NCBI GenBank assembly: GCA_965227515.1
Contig: CBDDFZ010000002.1
Span: forward strand, 160,001 to 224,000
Reading direction: 5' to 3'
DNA: 64,000 nt
Origin: Alphaproteobacteria bacterium
GTDB lineage: Bacteria; Pseudomonadota; Alphaproteobacteria; CALKHQ01
The notes beneath the pieces are model-generated. The model did no database searches. It saw only the letters and a program-made list of their open reading frames with translations, and was not told the DNA's origin. Positions 18,487 to 27,891 of this stretch are shown here, piece after piece (position 1 is the first letter of the stretch; each line of letters begins with the position of its first letter). The position numbers and the translations under genes were made by a program.

Positions 18487-19476
18487 ATGCCAACTCGCAA
18501 CGCGGCAGAGGCCGCGGCCGCGCCGACGCGACCCGCGCGGTCGGTGAAACCCGGTGCCCTGCGTCTCGAATCGCTGGTGGTGCTGGCCGTTCTGGTGCTG
18601 GTGATGTCGCTCGGCTCGCCGTTCTTCTTCACCGTGGCGAACCTGTTCAACATCATCCTCGCTACCTCGACGATCGGCATACTGGCCCTGGGCGCCACGT
18701 TCGTGATCGGGTCGGCCGGCATCGACCTGTCGGTCGGGTCCGTCATGGCGTTTGGCGGCGTGATCGGCGCCATCGTCGCGGCCAGGCTGGGCCTGCCGTG
18801 GTGGTTCGGCATTCCGGCGTGCCTGCTGGCGGGCGCGTTTGCCGGCGCAATCAACGGGCTGGTCATCAACCACGGCCGGGTGCCCGCATTCGTGGTCACC
18901 CTCGGCATGATGGGGGTCGCGCGCGGCGTTGCCCTGCTGATCACCGACGGGCAGGCGGTCTACGGCATGCCGGAACCCCTGCTCTGGCTTGGCCAGGGGC
19001 GGCCGCTTGGCATTCCGGTGCCGGCGATCGTGTTCGTCGTCACGGCGATCATGCTGCACTTCGTGCTGTCCAACACCCGGTTCGGCCGCCACACCCTGGT
19101 GATCGGCGACAACGAACGCGGCGCCAAGGCCATGGGCGTGCCGGTGCGCACCCAGCGCCTGAAGATCTATGTGCTGTCGGGCGTGATGGCCGGGCTGGCC
19201 GGCCTGCTGGTGATGGCGCGGGTCAATGCCGGCGATCCCACTGCCGGCATGAACTTCGAGCTTGCGGCCATCACCGCCGCGATCATCGGCGGCACCAACC
19301 TGTTCGGCGGCCGCGCGACCATTCTGGGCACGGTCATCGGTGCGCTCATCATGGGCGTCTTGCAGAACGGCCTCAACCTGCTCGAGATCCCCTCGTTCTG
19401 GCAGCAGATCTCCATCGGTCTGGTCCTGGTCGCCGCGGTCTGGCTCGACCAGTTGGCCAAGAAGGACAAGGAGTAG
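18487..19476 (+). CDS. Sugar ABC permease (RbsC-like)
   Basis: GIDLSVGS, VPAFVVTLG, TRFGRH, IIGGTNLFGG. Confidence 0.9.
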   Translation: MPTRNAAEAAAAPTRPARSVKPGALRLESLVVLAVLVLVMSLGSPFFFTVANLFNIILATSTIGILALGATFVIGSAGIDLSVGSVMAFGGVIGAIVAARLGLPWWFGIPACLLAGAFAGAINGLVINHGRVPAFVVTLGMMGVARGVALLITDGQAVYGMPEPLLWLGQGRPLGIPVPAIVFVVTAIMLHFVLSNTRFGRHTLVIGDNERGAKAMGVPVRTQRLKIYVLSGVMAGLAGLLVMARVNAGDPTAGMNFELAAITAAIIGGTNLFGGRATILGTVIGALIMGVLQNGLNLLEIPSFWQQISIGLVLVAAVWLDQLAKKDKE

Positions 19477-19481
19477 GGCCG

Positions 19482-20216
19482 GTGCTGCAGGTTCGCGACA
19501 TCAAGAAGCACTTCGGGCCGGTCGAGGTCCTGCGCGGCGTCTCGTTCGGCCTCGCGGCCGGCGAGTGCGTCGCCGTCGTCGGCGACAACGGTGCGGGCAA
19601 GTCGACGCTGATGAAGATCATCACCGGCGTCTATCGGGCCAGCGAGGGCGCGGTCGACCTCGATGGCGTGACGATCAGCGGGACGCCGCCCGGGGAGATC
19701 CGCCAGCTCGGGATCGAGATGATCTACCAGAACCTGGAGCTTGCGGTTCAGCAGGACGTGACCGCCAACATCTTCCTGGGCCGCGAGCCGACCAAACGGT
19801 TCGGCGGCTTCGACACCGGCATCCTGGACCTGAAGGCGGCGCGCGACCAGGCGGCGGAGATGATCGAGCGGTTGGGCGCTCGGCTGCCGTCCGTCGACAT
19901 CCAGGTCGGCAAGCTGTCGGGCGGGCAGCAGCAGTCGGTGGCGATCGCGCGGGCCCTGACCTTCTCACCCAAGGTGGTGATCATGGACGAGCCGACGGCC
20001 GCACTTGCCGTGCGCGAGATCGAGCATGTTCTGGAACTGATCAAGGGGCTGAAGGGCCGCGGCATCGGCGTGATCCTGATCAGCCACCGGCTGACCGATG
20101 TGTTCGAGGTCGCCGACCGCATCATCGCGATCCGGCAGGGCGTGGTGATCGCCGATGAGAGGACCGAGGAGACGACCATGCAGAACGTCGTCTCCCATAT
20201 CGTCGGCGCGCATTGA
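19482..20216 (+). CDS. Sugar ABC ATP-binding protein (single NBD)
   Basis: GDNGAGKS, LSGGQQQ, MDEPTAAL, ISH; about 244 aa from GTG 19482. Confidence 0.88.
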   Translation: MLQVRDIKKHFGPVEVLRGVSFGLAAGECVAVVGDNGAGKSTLMKIITGVYRASEGAVDLDGVTISGTPPGEIRQLGIEMIYQNLELAVQQDVTANIFLGREPTKRFGGFDTGILDLKAARDQAAEMIERLGARLPSVDIQVGKLSGGQQQSVAIARALTFSPKVVIMDEPTAALAVREIEHVLELIKGLKGRGIGVILISHRLTDVFEVADRIIAIRQGVVIADERTEETTMQNVVSHIVGAH

Positions 20217-20225
20217 GGTGAGGGT

Positions 20226-21773
20226 ATGAAGGTCGTTGACGACACGGAGCTTCGGGAGGTCGTCTCCCGGCTGGGCGATGGTAGCACCGTCGCCATATCC
20301 GGCGCCGGCGGCGGCCTGCTGGAACCTGACGAGGCGTTCCGCGCGTTCGAGGCAGCGTTCCTGGACACAGGCCGCCCGCGTGGCCTGACGCTGGTGCACG
20401 CGCTGGGCATGGGCGACCGCAAGACCAAGGGTGTCAATCGCTTCGCCTATGAAGGCATGGTTTCCAAGGTCATCGGCGGGCACTGGATCTGGTCGCCGCG
20501 CATGCTGACGCTGGCCGAGGAGAACAAGATTGCGGCCTATTGCCTGCCGTCCGGGGTTCTGACCCATCTGTTTCGCGAGATCGGCGCGCGTCGGCCGGGG
20601 CTGTTCACCCATGTCGGATTGGGCACCTTCTGCGACCCGCGCCAGCAGGGTGGGCGCTGCAACGCCGCCGCCGCCGAGCCCATCGTCGAGCTGATGCGGA
20701 TCGACGGCCAGGACGTGCTCCGCTACCTGCCGTTCAACGTGGACGTGGCGGTCGTTCGCGGCACCGTTGCCGACACGCGGGGCAACATCAGCGCGCGGGA
20801 GGAGCCGGCCGATCTGGACAGCTATGCCATCGCGCTCGCCGCCAAGGCGTGCGGCGGCATCGTCATCGCGCAGGTGCGCGAGGTAGTGGATCGCGGTACC
20901 ATCAGGCCGCGCGAAGTCTCCGTGCCGGGCAATCTGGTGGACTATGTGCTGCCGTGCCCGGACCAGGCACAAACCTATCACGGGCGCTACGACCCGGCCC
21001 TGGCCGGGCTGGCCGATGACGGCACGGCGTTCCAGACCCCCGACACCCAGAACCTGGTGCGCCGCATCGTCGCCGAGCGGGCGGCAGCAGAACTGATCGA
21101 CGGCGCAACGGTCAATTTCGGTTTTGGCATGTCGTCGGGGGTCGCCGAAATCGTGTTGAAAGCCGGCACGCGGGACAACTACCGTTTCACCATCGAGCAG
21201 GGCATTCACGGCGGCCAACTCCTGACCGGCGACCTGTTCGGCATCGCGGCGCATCCGTCGGCGATCATGCCGTCGTGCCAGCAGTTCGACCTGTATTCCG
21301 GCGGCGGTCTCGACCAGACCTTCCTGGGGTTGGCCGAGGCGGACGAGAGCGGCTCGGTCAACGTGTCTCACTTCGGCGGCCAGATCAGCGGGCCGGGCGG
21401 CTTCATCGACATATCGCAGGCGGCCCATCGGGTCGTGTTCTGCGGCTCATTCGATGCCAAGGGCACACGGGTCGCGCTGGAAAATGGCAAGCTGCGGATT
21501 TCGTCGCACGGCGAGGTGCGCAAGTTCGTGTCCGCGGTCGAAGGCATCACATTCAGCGGCCCGGAAGCCCTGCGTCGTGGCCAACGGGTGAGCTATGTTA
21601 CCGAGCGCGCCGTCTTCGAGCTGACGCCGGAGGGCGTGGAACTGACCGAAGTTGCGCCGGGCGTGGATGTCAGGTCCGATGTGCTGGAGCGGATGGCGTT
21701 CGCGCCCATAGTGCGCGCACCGAGAACCATGGACCCGGACTGTTTCCGCGACGACGTCGCAGCCACGGGATAG
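20226..21773 (+). CDS. Acyl-CoA:acetate/3-ketoacid CoA transferase (YdiF/propionate CoA-transferase-like, fused alpha/beta)
   Basis: THVGLGTFCDPR, GNIS, NFGFG, catalytic-type IEQG, NVSHF, GPGGFIDISQ, YVTERAVF. Confidence 0.9.
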   Translation: MKVVDDTELREVVSRLGDGSTVAISGAGGGLLEPDEAFRAFEAAFLDTGRPRGLTLVHALGMGDRKTKGVNRFAYEGMVSKVIGGHWIWSPRMLTLAEENKIAAYCLPSGVLTHLFREIGARRPGLFTHVGLGTFCDPRQQGGRCNAAAAEPIVELMRIDGQDVLRYLPFNVDVAVVRGTVADTRGNISAREEPADLDSYAIALAAKACGGIVIAQVREVVDRGTIRPREVSVPGNLVDYVLPCPDQAQTYHGRYDPALAGLADDGTAFQTPDTQNLVRRIVAERAAAELIDGATVNFGFGMSSGVAEIVLKAGTRDNYRFTIEQGIHGGQLLTGDLFGIAAHPSAIMPSCQQFDLYSGGGLDQTFLGLAEADESGSVNVSHFGGQISGPGGFIDISQAAHRVVFCGSFDAKGTRVALENGKLRISSHGEVRKFVSAVEGITFSGPEALRRGQRVSYVTERAVFELTPEGVELTEVAPGVDVRSDVLERMAFAPIVRAPRTMDPDCFRDDVAATG

Positions 21774-21782
21774 CGGCAACCA

Positions 21783-23393
21783 ATGGCCAGCACAGGGTAC
21801 GATTACATCATCGCCGGCGGCGGCTCGGCCGGCTGCGTGCTGGCGGCGCGGCTCAGCGCCACAGGCGCCAGCGTGCTGCTGCTGGAGGCGGGATACCCGG
21901 ACAAGCATCCGCTGATCCACGTGCCCGCCGGCTTCACCAAGCTTTCGGGCCCGAAGGTCAACTGGGGCTACCGCACGGTGCCGCAGCAGCACCTGAACGA
22001 CCGTGAGATGTGGTACCCGCAGGGCAAGACCCTGGGCGGCGGCTCATCGATCAACGCGATGATCTATACCCGCGGCCACCGCAACGACTACGACGACTGG
22101 GCGGCCGCCGGCGCCGACGGCTGGTCGTACGAGGACGTGCTGCCATACTTCCGCAAGGCGGAAGACAATGTCCGCCTGTGCAACGCCTATCACGGCACAG
22201 GCGGGCCGCTGCGCGTCTCCGACCCCATCAGCCCGCTGCCGATCACCGCGACGTTCATTCGCGCCGCCCAACAGGCCGGGCTGCCTTACAGTGCCGACTT
22301 CAACGGCGCCGAGCAGGAAGGCGTCGGCTACCACCAGACGACCACCCGCGACGGGCGCCGGGGCAGTGCTGCGGTGTCGTACCTGCGCCCGGCGGCGGGC
22401 CGCAAGAACCTGACCGTCGTGACGCGCTGCCAGGTGTTGCGGGTGGTGGTGGAGAACGGCCGGGCGCGCCAGGTCGAGTTCAAGCCCCACGACGGCCCGG
22501 TCGCCCGCGCGACGGCCGACCGCGAGATCATCGTCACCGCCGGCGCCATCGGCTCGCCCAAGCTAATGATGCTGTCCGGCCTCGGCCCGGCGGACCACCT
22601 TCGGTCCCATGGCATCGACGTCCAGGCCGACATCCCCGGCGTCGGCGAGAATCTGCAGGACCACCTGGACTGCTACACCGTCTATGATCTCAACGGCCCG
22701 CACGCCTATTACGGTGTCGACCAGCATTTGAAACAGGCGGTCTGGGCGCTTCAGTACTGGCTGTTCAAGAACGGCCCGGTGACCACGAACATCGTGGAGG
22801 CCGGCGCGTTTGCGACCGTCGATGCCGACTCTCGCCAGCCCGACATCCAGCTTCACTTCCTGCCGGCATATGTCGTCGACCACGGGATGATGCGGATCAA
22901 GGGCTATGGCGTCAGTCTCTACTCGAACCTGTTGCGGCCGCGCAGCCGTGGCACGGTGCGGCTGCGCAGTGCCGATCCGGCCGAACATCCGCTGATCGAC
23001 CCCAACTACCTGGCCGACCCCTATGACCGCCGCATGGCGGTGGCGGGCCTGAAGCTGGCGCGCGAGGTGATGGCGCAGCCGGCGTTCGCGCCATTGTTGG
23101 AAAAGGAGCGCATGCCCGGCCCCGACGTGACGACCGACGAGGGCTTGAACGAGTATGTTCGCGAATGGGCGAAGACCGACTATCACCCGGTCGGCACCTG
23201 CAAGATGGGCAAGGACGAAATGGCGGTCGTGACGCCGGAACTGAAGGTCGTTGGGGTTGAGGGCTTGCGCATCTGCGACAGCTCGGTGATGCCGAACGAG
23301 ATCAGCGCCAACACCAACGCGCCAACCATCATGATCGCGGAGAAGGCGGCCGATATGATCCTGGGCACCGATACCGCCCCGGTCCATGCATAG
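21783..23393 (+). CDS. GMC oxidoreductase (choline/alcohol dehydrogenase-like)
   Basis: YDYIIAGGGSAG, GKTLGGGSSIN, GENLQDH, HPVGTCKMG, NTNAPTIMIAEKAAD. Confidence 0.92.
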   Translation: MASTGYDYIIAGGGSAGCVLAARLSATGASVLLLEAGYPDKHPLIHVPAGFTKLSGPKVNWGYRTVPQQHLNDREMWYPQGKTLGGGSSINAMIYTRGHRNDYDDWAAAGADGWSYEDVLPYFRKAEDNVRLCNAYHGTGGPLRVSDPISPLPITATFIRAAQQAGLPYSADFNGAEQEGVGYHQTTTRDGRRGSAAVSYLRPAAGRKNLTVVTRCQVLRVVVENGRARQVEFKPHDGPVARATADREIIVTAGAIGSPKLMMLSGLGPADHLRSHGIDVQADIPGVGENLQDHLDCYTVYDLNGPHAYYGVDQHLKQAVWALQYWLFKNGPVTTNIVEAGAFATVDADSRQPDIQLHFLPAYVVDHGMMRIKGYGVSLYSNLLRPRSRGTVRLRSADPAEHPLIDPNYLADPYDRRMAVAGLKLAREVMAQPAFAPLLEKERMPGPDVTTDEGLNEYVREWAKTDYHPVGTCKMGKDEMAVVTPELKVVGVEGLRICDSSVMPNEISANTNAPTIMIAEKAADMILGTDTAPVHA

Positions 23394-23414
23394 GCGCCGC
23401 AGCAGGCCGGGCCG

Positions 23415-24203
23415 TTGACTCAGAAGATCTACGCCATAATCGGCTATCCAGTGGGGCAGGTGCGCTCGCCCGCGGTGTTCAACGCGCGCTTCGCGGCCGA
23501 GGGCGTGGACGCGATCATGATCCCGTTCCAGGTCGCGCCGGGCGATGTGGCGACGCTGCTGGATGGCTTGCGCAAGGCGGAGAATTGCGCAGGCGTCGTG
23601 GTGACCGTGCCCCACAAGGCCGCCGCCGCAGCGCTTGCCCGGCAGCGCAGCGCGCGTGTCGATTTGCTGGGTGCGGCGAACGTGCTGCGGCCGATCGAGG
23701 GCGGCTGGGAAGCCGATCTGTTCGACGGCGACGGCTTCGTTCGCGGGATGGCATCGCAGGGCCATGACGTGCGCGGCTGCTCGGTGGCTGTCGTTGGCGC
23801 TGGCGGCGCGGGGAGTGCCGTGGCCGAGGCGCTGCTGGCAGCGGGCGCGTCGGTCGCGCTGTCCGACATGGACGAGGCGCGTGCCGGGGCGGTGGTCGAC
23901 CGGCTTGCCACGGCGTTTGCCGACAGGATTGCGCTAGGCGGGCCCGACCGCGGCCATGCCATCGCCGTCAACGCCACGCCGGTCGGCATGGACGGCGACC
24001 CGAACATGCCCTTCGATCCGGCCGATCTGGACAAAGCGGCAATTGTCGCGGATGTCATCATGAAACCGGCGATCACGCCTCTGCTGCGCAAGGCATCCGA
24101 ACTGGGCATGACGACGCAGGAGGGCCGCCACATGCTGGATTGCCAGGCGGACGCGATCTGGTCATTCCTGCAGATGGCGCAAGCCGATGCGACATCGGCA
24201 TGA
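23415..24203 (+). CDS. Shikimate/quinate dehydrogenase family protein
   Basis: IIGYPV..RSP, VTVPHK, GAAN, DG.GF, GAGGAG, VNATPVGM; TTG start. Confidence 0.87.
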   Translation: MTQKIYAIIGYPVGQVRSPAVFNARFAAEGVDAIMIPFQVAPGDVATLLDGLRKAENCAGVVVTVPHKAAAAALARQRSARVDLLGAANVLRPIEGGWEADLFDGDGFVRGMASQGHDVRGCSVAVVGAGGAGSAVAEALLAAGASVALSDMDEARAGAVVDRLATAFADRIALGGPDRGHAIAVNATPVGMDGDPNMPFDPADLDKAAIVADVIMKPAITPLLRKASELGMTTQEGRHMLDCQADAIWSFLQMAQADATSA

Positions 24204-24224
24204 TGCGGGCGTCCGGGTGCGGCG

Positions 24225-25226
24225 CTATGCTCGGTTTGCCGCGAGCAGGGCCTGTGGCGCCGGCGCGTGCCAGACCACCTGATAGGACTCGATCACGTTC
24301 TGGCGCGTGACCGCCAGTCCCGGCAGCGCGATCCATGGCGGCGGCTGTTCGTCGACCAGCGCCAGCAAGGTTGCGGTTGCCGCCGCGATGCCCTGAGCGT
24401 ACGGCTGTTGTGCGCCGATCCCTTTGATCATGTTGCCGGAGGCGAGTTCGATCGCCGCATCGTTGCCCAGGTCGACCGTGGTCACCGGGATGTCCAGCGC
24501 GCGCTTGCGCAGCATTGGCACCGCTTGCATCGCCGGTTCGTCCCAGACCACGAACAGCCCGGCACAACCGGCGGAGGTGTCGAGCAGCGCCGCCGTCGCC
24601 CGGCCGGCATCGGCAACATCGGCGAACTTCTGCTGTGCCAACTGGACATCGGGTCGGTTGGCCGCCATCCACTTGCGAAACGCGATCTCGCGCTCATTGG
24701 TGACGAAGAAGTCGGCGCCGTAGGTCAGCATGCCGATGGTCGACCCCTGGTCGACGTGCTCCGACAGCAGGGATGCGCTGATCTGGCCGAGGCCGAAATT
24801 GTCCGCTGAAACGACACTGGCGTAGTTGGTGCCCGGCAGCAGCCCCGTCGGGACGTTGTCGACCAATATCAATTTGATACCGGCGCGCGAGACCTGGTGA
24901 TGGGCGTCGGCCACGGCGGTGTTGCCGATCGGTATGCTGATGATCGCATCCGGCGCTTCGCCGACCAGCCGTTGCAGCTCGCGGATCTGCTTGTCGGCGC
25001 AAAACTGGCAGTCGACCACATCCACCACCGCCGCCGCATAGCGGCCGAGCGTGGCGACGATGCCGGCGATCTGTTGGCGCGACCAGTCGCTCTCGGTGGT
25101 ATGCAGAACGACCGCCACCTTGAACTGGCTTCGCTGCGCCAGCGCCGCGTTCTCCTCGGAGATACTGACATGCTCCGATGGAACGGCGCGCTCACCATGC
25201 GGTCCAAGGCCGGCTATCGACATCAT
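24225..25226 (-). CDS. Sugar-binding-protein-fold protein without signal peptide (paralog of 27892-29022)
   Basis: Shares GP.GE, DWS, F..KQ, PD.I.SIP, DNVP.G, SVVSADN.G.G, DFFVT, VWD.PA, T.DLG and GAQ.PY.QG with 27892-29022; no hydrophobic N-terminus; ATGA overlap with the ROK gene. Confidence 0.85.
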   Translation of the reverse strand: MMSIAGLGPHGERAVPSEHVSISEENAALAQRSQFKVAVVLHTTESDWSRQQIAGIVATLGRYAAAVVDVVDCQFCADKQIRELQRLVGEAPDAIISIPIGNTAVADAHHQVSRAGIKLILVDNVPTGLLPGTNYASVVSADNFGLGQISASLLSEHVDQGSTIGMLTYGADFFVTNEREIAFRKWMAANRPDVQLAQQKFADVADAGRATAALLDTSAGCAGLFVVWDEPAMQAVPMLRKRALDIPVTTVDLGNDAAIELASGNMIKGIGAQQPYAQGIAAATATLLALVDEQPPPWIALPGLAVTRQNVIESYQVVWHAPAPQALLAANRA

Positions 25227-26662
25227 GTCAGTTTCCCACCCTCGAGCTGGTTGCGCGCGGCCGGCGGCGGCGCTGGGGTCGTGCCATCGTCCGCGGCGTC
25301 GGTTGTCGCCTGCGACAGCCGTGCCGCGAATTCCGGATGATCCAGTGGTGAGCCGTAGGCAATCCAGTTCTCCAACGACGGACCGGCAAACAGGGCGCCG
25401 ACGGCGACTTCGGCCGCGCCCAGAAGCCCGGCTGACCCGCCCATCTGCGATTTGACGATGCGAAGCTCGCGCGTGGTCAGCGGGTGGGCGTGCAGATACA
25501 CTGCTTGGCGCACCGCCGACAGCATCACGTCGCCGGTCTGCACGATGTCGCCGCCAAGCACGATGGTCGACGGATTGACCGTGTTGGCGACTGCGGCCAG
25601 TGCGACGCCAATCATCTGCCCTCGGCGCGCAAGCAGCTCGGTACAGAAGCTGTCGCCCAGTTGCGCCGCCATGCCGACGTCGTTGGCGGTGATCTCGCCC
25701 GACGCCTCTAGCATGCGCGCGAGTTGCGGGCTTTGCCCGTCTCGTGCGGCGTTCGCACCATCGCGCGCGATCGCGTCACCGCCGGCAACGATCTCCAGGC
25801 AACCGGTATTGCCGCAATGGCATACCTCGTCGCTGTTCGGGTCTTGCAGGATGTGTCCCAGCAAACCGCCGGCGCCTTGCGCGCCCCGGACCAGCCGTCC
25901 ATCGGCAAACAGCGCCGTGCTGATCCCGCGGCCAAGCTTCACGAACAAGAAATTGTCGCTGTCTTGCGCGTTGCCGGCCTTGCGCTCGCCCAGCGTCATG
26001 CATTCCACGGCACTGCGCACCCAGACCGGCGCGCGGAAGCGGGCGGCCAACTGCTCGACGAAGTCGAACTCCCACCACGACGGGTCGAAATGGAATACCG
26101 GCGAAGCGAAGGGCTCGCCGGCCGACAGCTCGACCGGGCCCGGCACCGCGACACCGATCGCCCACACGTCGCGATCCGCCTGGTGCTGTTCCAGAGCCCA
26201 GTCGAACAGCGTCATCAACCGACCGAGAACCGCCTGGGGGCCGGTCGACAGCTCGATCGCCTCGTGATGCTCGACAAGCAAGCGCCCATTCAGGTCCGCG
26301 ACGCCGACGCCGAGCACGGATCTGTCGAGGAAGGCGACCAGGATCAGGCCTGAGCCGGCGCGAAACCTGATCAGGCGAGGGGCCCGTCCGCCTTGCGCGG
26401 GGCCAAGCGTGTCCTCGGCCAGCAGGCCGTATCGGGTCAGCGTGGTCAGCCGATCGACGATCGTCGCGCGTCCCAGGCCGGTCGCCTGCTCAAGTGCCAG
26501 GCGCGTGCTCGCGTCCCCGTCCCGCACCAGCGTCAGTATGCCGGCCAGGCTTTGCCGGGTTGCCTCAACACGTCTGGGCCTGATCTCCCCGACCTCTGCG
26601 CGCGGGTTTCGGGTTTGCTGAAACTGAGCGGGAGCGCGGGTCGATTTGCTCTGTTTTGCCAT
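25223..26662 (-). CDS. ROK-family transcriptional regulator
   Basis: N-terminal wHTH (STRLALEQATGLGRATIV..GGRAP), GVAVPGPV, GH..CHCGNTGCLE zinc motif. Confidence 0.9.
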   Translation of the reverse strand: MAKQSKSTRAPAQFQQTRNPRAEVGEIRPRRVEATRQSLAGILTLVRDGDASTRLALEQATGLGRATIVDRLTTLTRYGLLAEDTLGPAQGGRAPRLIRFRAGSGLILVAFLDRSVLGVGVADLNGRLLVEHHEAIELSTGPQAVLGRLMTLFDWALEQHQADRDVWAIGVAVPGPVELSAGEPFASPVFHFDPSWWEFDFVEQLAARFRAPVWVRSAVECMTLGERKAGNAQDSDNFLFVKLGRGISTALFADGRLVRGAQGAGGLLGHILQDPNSDEVCHCGNTGCLEIVAGGDAIARDGANAARDGQSPQLARMLEASGEITANDVGMAAQLGDSFCTELLARRGQMIGVALAAVANTVNPSTIVLGGDIVQTGDVMLSAVRQAVYLHAHPLTTRELRIVKSQMGGSAGLLGAAEVAVGALFAGPSLENWIAYGSPLDHPEFAARLSQATTDAADDGTTPAPPPAARNQLEGGKLT

Positions 26663-26889
26663 CAGGGCGCTTGCGACTCACTCTTCACCTGAGCTGGTGA
26701 CCATAGCCCGCTTGTCCAACAATCCAAGTTCCAACCCGAAATCGCGACGCGCGCGTTTGGGACCGGTTCCGCAGCCACACGCACGCAAACGCGCCGGCAG
26801 GCGCTTCCCGGTTCCGGCCGGGGACCGGCCCAGACCGTAGGGTTCAGGCGGCATTATGCCGAAGCCGATCCGTTTTCGCAGCAAATTCA

Positions 26890-26912
26890 TTGACTAATGC
26901 AGATTTTCTGCA
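26890..26912 (+). promoter_or_regulatory. Candidate promoter with a palindromic operator in the spacer
   Basis: TTGACT (26890) followed by TGCAGA-TTT-TCTGCA (26898-26912) in an AT-rich divergent intergenic region. Confidence 0.5.
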
Positions 26913-26961
26913 ATACGGTTGCGATGTTGTGCAAAAAAAGACGCGGGAGGCAGGCGGCCAC

Positions 26962-27813
26962 ATGACCGGCTGGAAACTTGGCTATCAGGTGAATTGTTGG
27001 GGTGCCCTGGGCGGTGACGGGGTCGGCGTGACCTCGGTCAAGGACCTCTTCTATCGGACCTTCGCCGACATGGGCGCCGCCTTCTCCGAAGCCGCGGACG
27101 CCGGTTTCACCGGTGTCGAGCTTTTCGACGGCAATCTGGTCGACTACGCCGACGATGTGGACGGTTTCCGCCGGTTGCTGACCGATACCGGCGTGTCCCT
27201 GATCGGCGTCTATTCAGGTGGCAACTACATCTATCCCGATATCCTGGAGGAGGAGTTGTGGCGGGCCGAGAAGGCCGCCAGCGTCGCCGCCCAGTGCGGG
27301 GCGGAGTTCCTGGTGGTCGGCGGCGGCGCTCAACGCGCGGGCGGCATCCGCGCCGGCGACCACGAGCAATTGGCGCGGGCGCTCGATCAGGTCTGCACCA
27401 TCGCCGAGCGGCACGGCCTTACGGCGCAGTTCCATCCGCACCTGACGACGATTGCGGAGAACCCGGAGCAGGTCGACCGCGTGTTCGCGCTGTCGCGGAT
27501 CGGGTTCTGCCCGGATACCGCGCATCTGGCGGCCGCGGGCGGCGATCCGGCGGCGATGATCCGCCAGCATTTCGACCGCATCTCCTATGTCCATCTCAAG
27601 GACTTGCGCCGTCAGCCGTTCGCGTTCCTGCCCCTCGGCGAGGGTGAGTTGGACCTGCGCGGGGTCGTGCGCACGCTGGCGGACCTGAACTACGCCGGCT
27701 GGGTGACCGTGGAGCTCGATTCACATCCCGACCCGCTTGCGGCGGCACACACCAGTGCGCGCTTTCTGGCATCCGCGATGGGCGACAACGGCATCGAGCG
27801 TGCCGATGCGTGA
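26962..27813 (+). CDS. Sugar phosphate isomerase/epimerase TIM-barrel protein (LgdB/IolE-like 3-ketoglycoside eliminase/hydratase)
   Basis: KLGYQVNCWG..GVTSVKDLFY..ELFDGNL, FHPH, CPDTAHL, YVHLKD, VELD metal ligands; next to an LGDH-like gene. Confidence 0.8.
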   Translation: MTGWKLGYQVNCWGALGGDGVGVTSVKDLFYRTFADMGAAFSEAADAGFTGVELFDGNLVDYADDVDGFRRLLTDTGVSLIGVYSGGNYIYPDILEEELWRAEKAASVAAQCGAEFLVVGGGAQRAGGIRAGDHEQLARALDQVCTIAERHGLTAQFHPHLTTIAENPEQVDRVFALSRIGFCPDTAHLAAAGGDPAAMIRQHFDRISYVHLKDLRRQPFAFLPLGEGELDLRGVVRTLADLNYAGWVTVELDSHPDPLAAAHTSARFLASAMGDNGIERADA

Positions 27814-27891
27814 CGAGGCCCCGAACACCAAGAACGTACCCAGGCGGCGCGGCTAACCGCGCCAACAACAAACAACGCAAATGGGAGGAAC

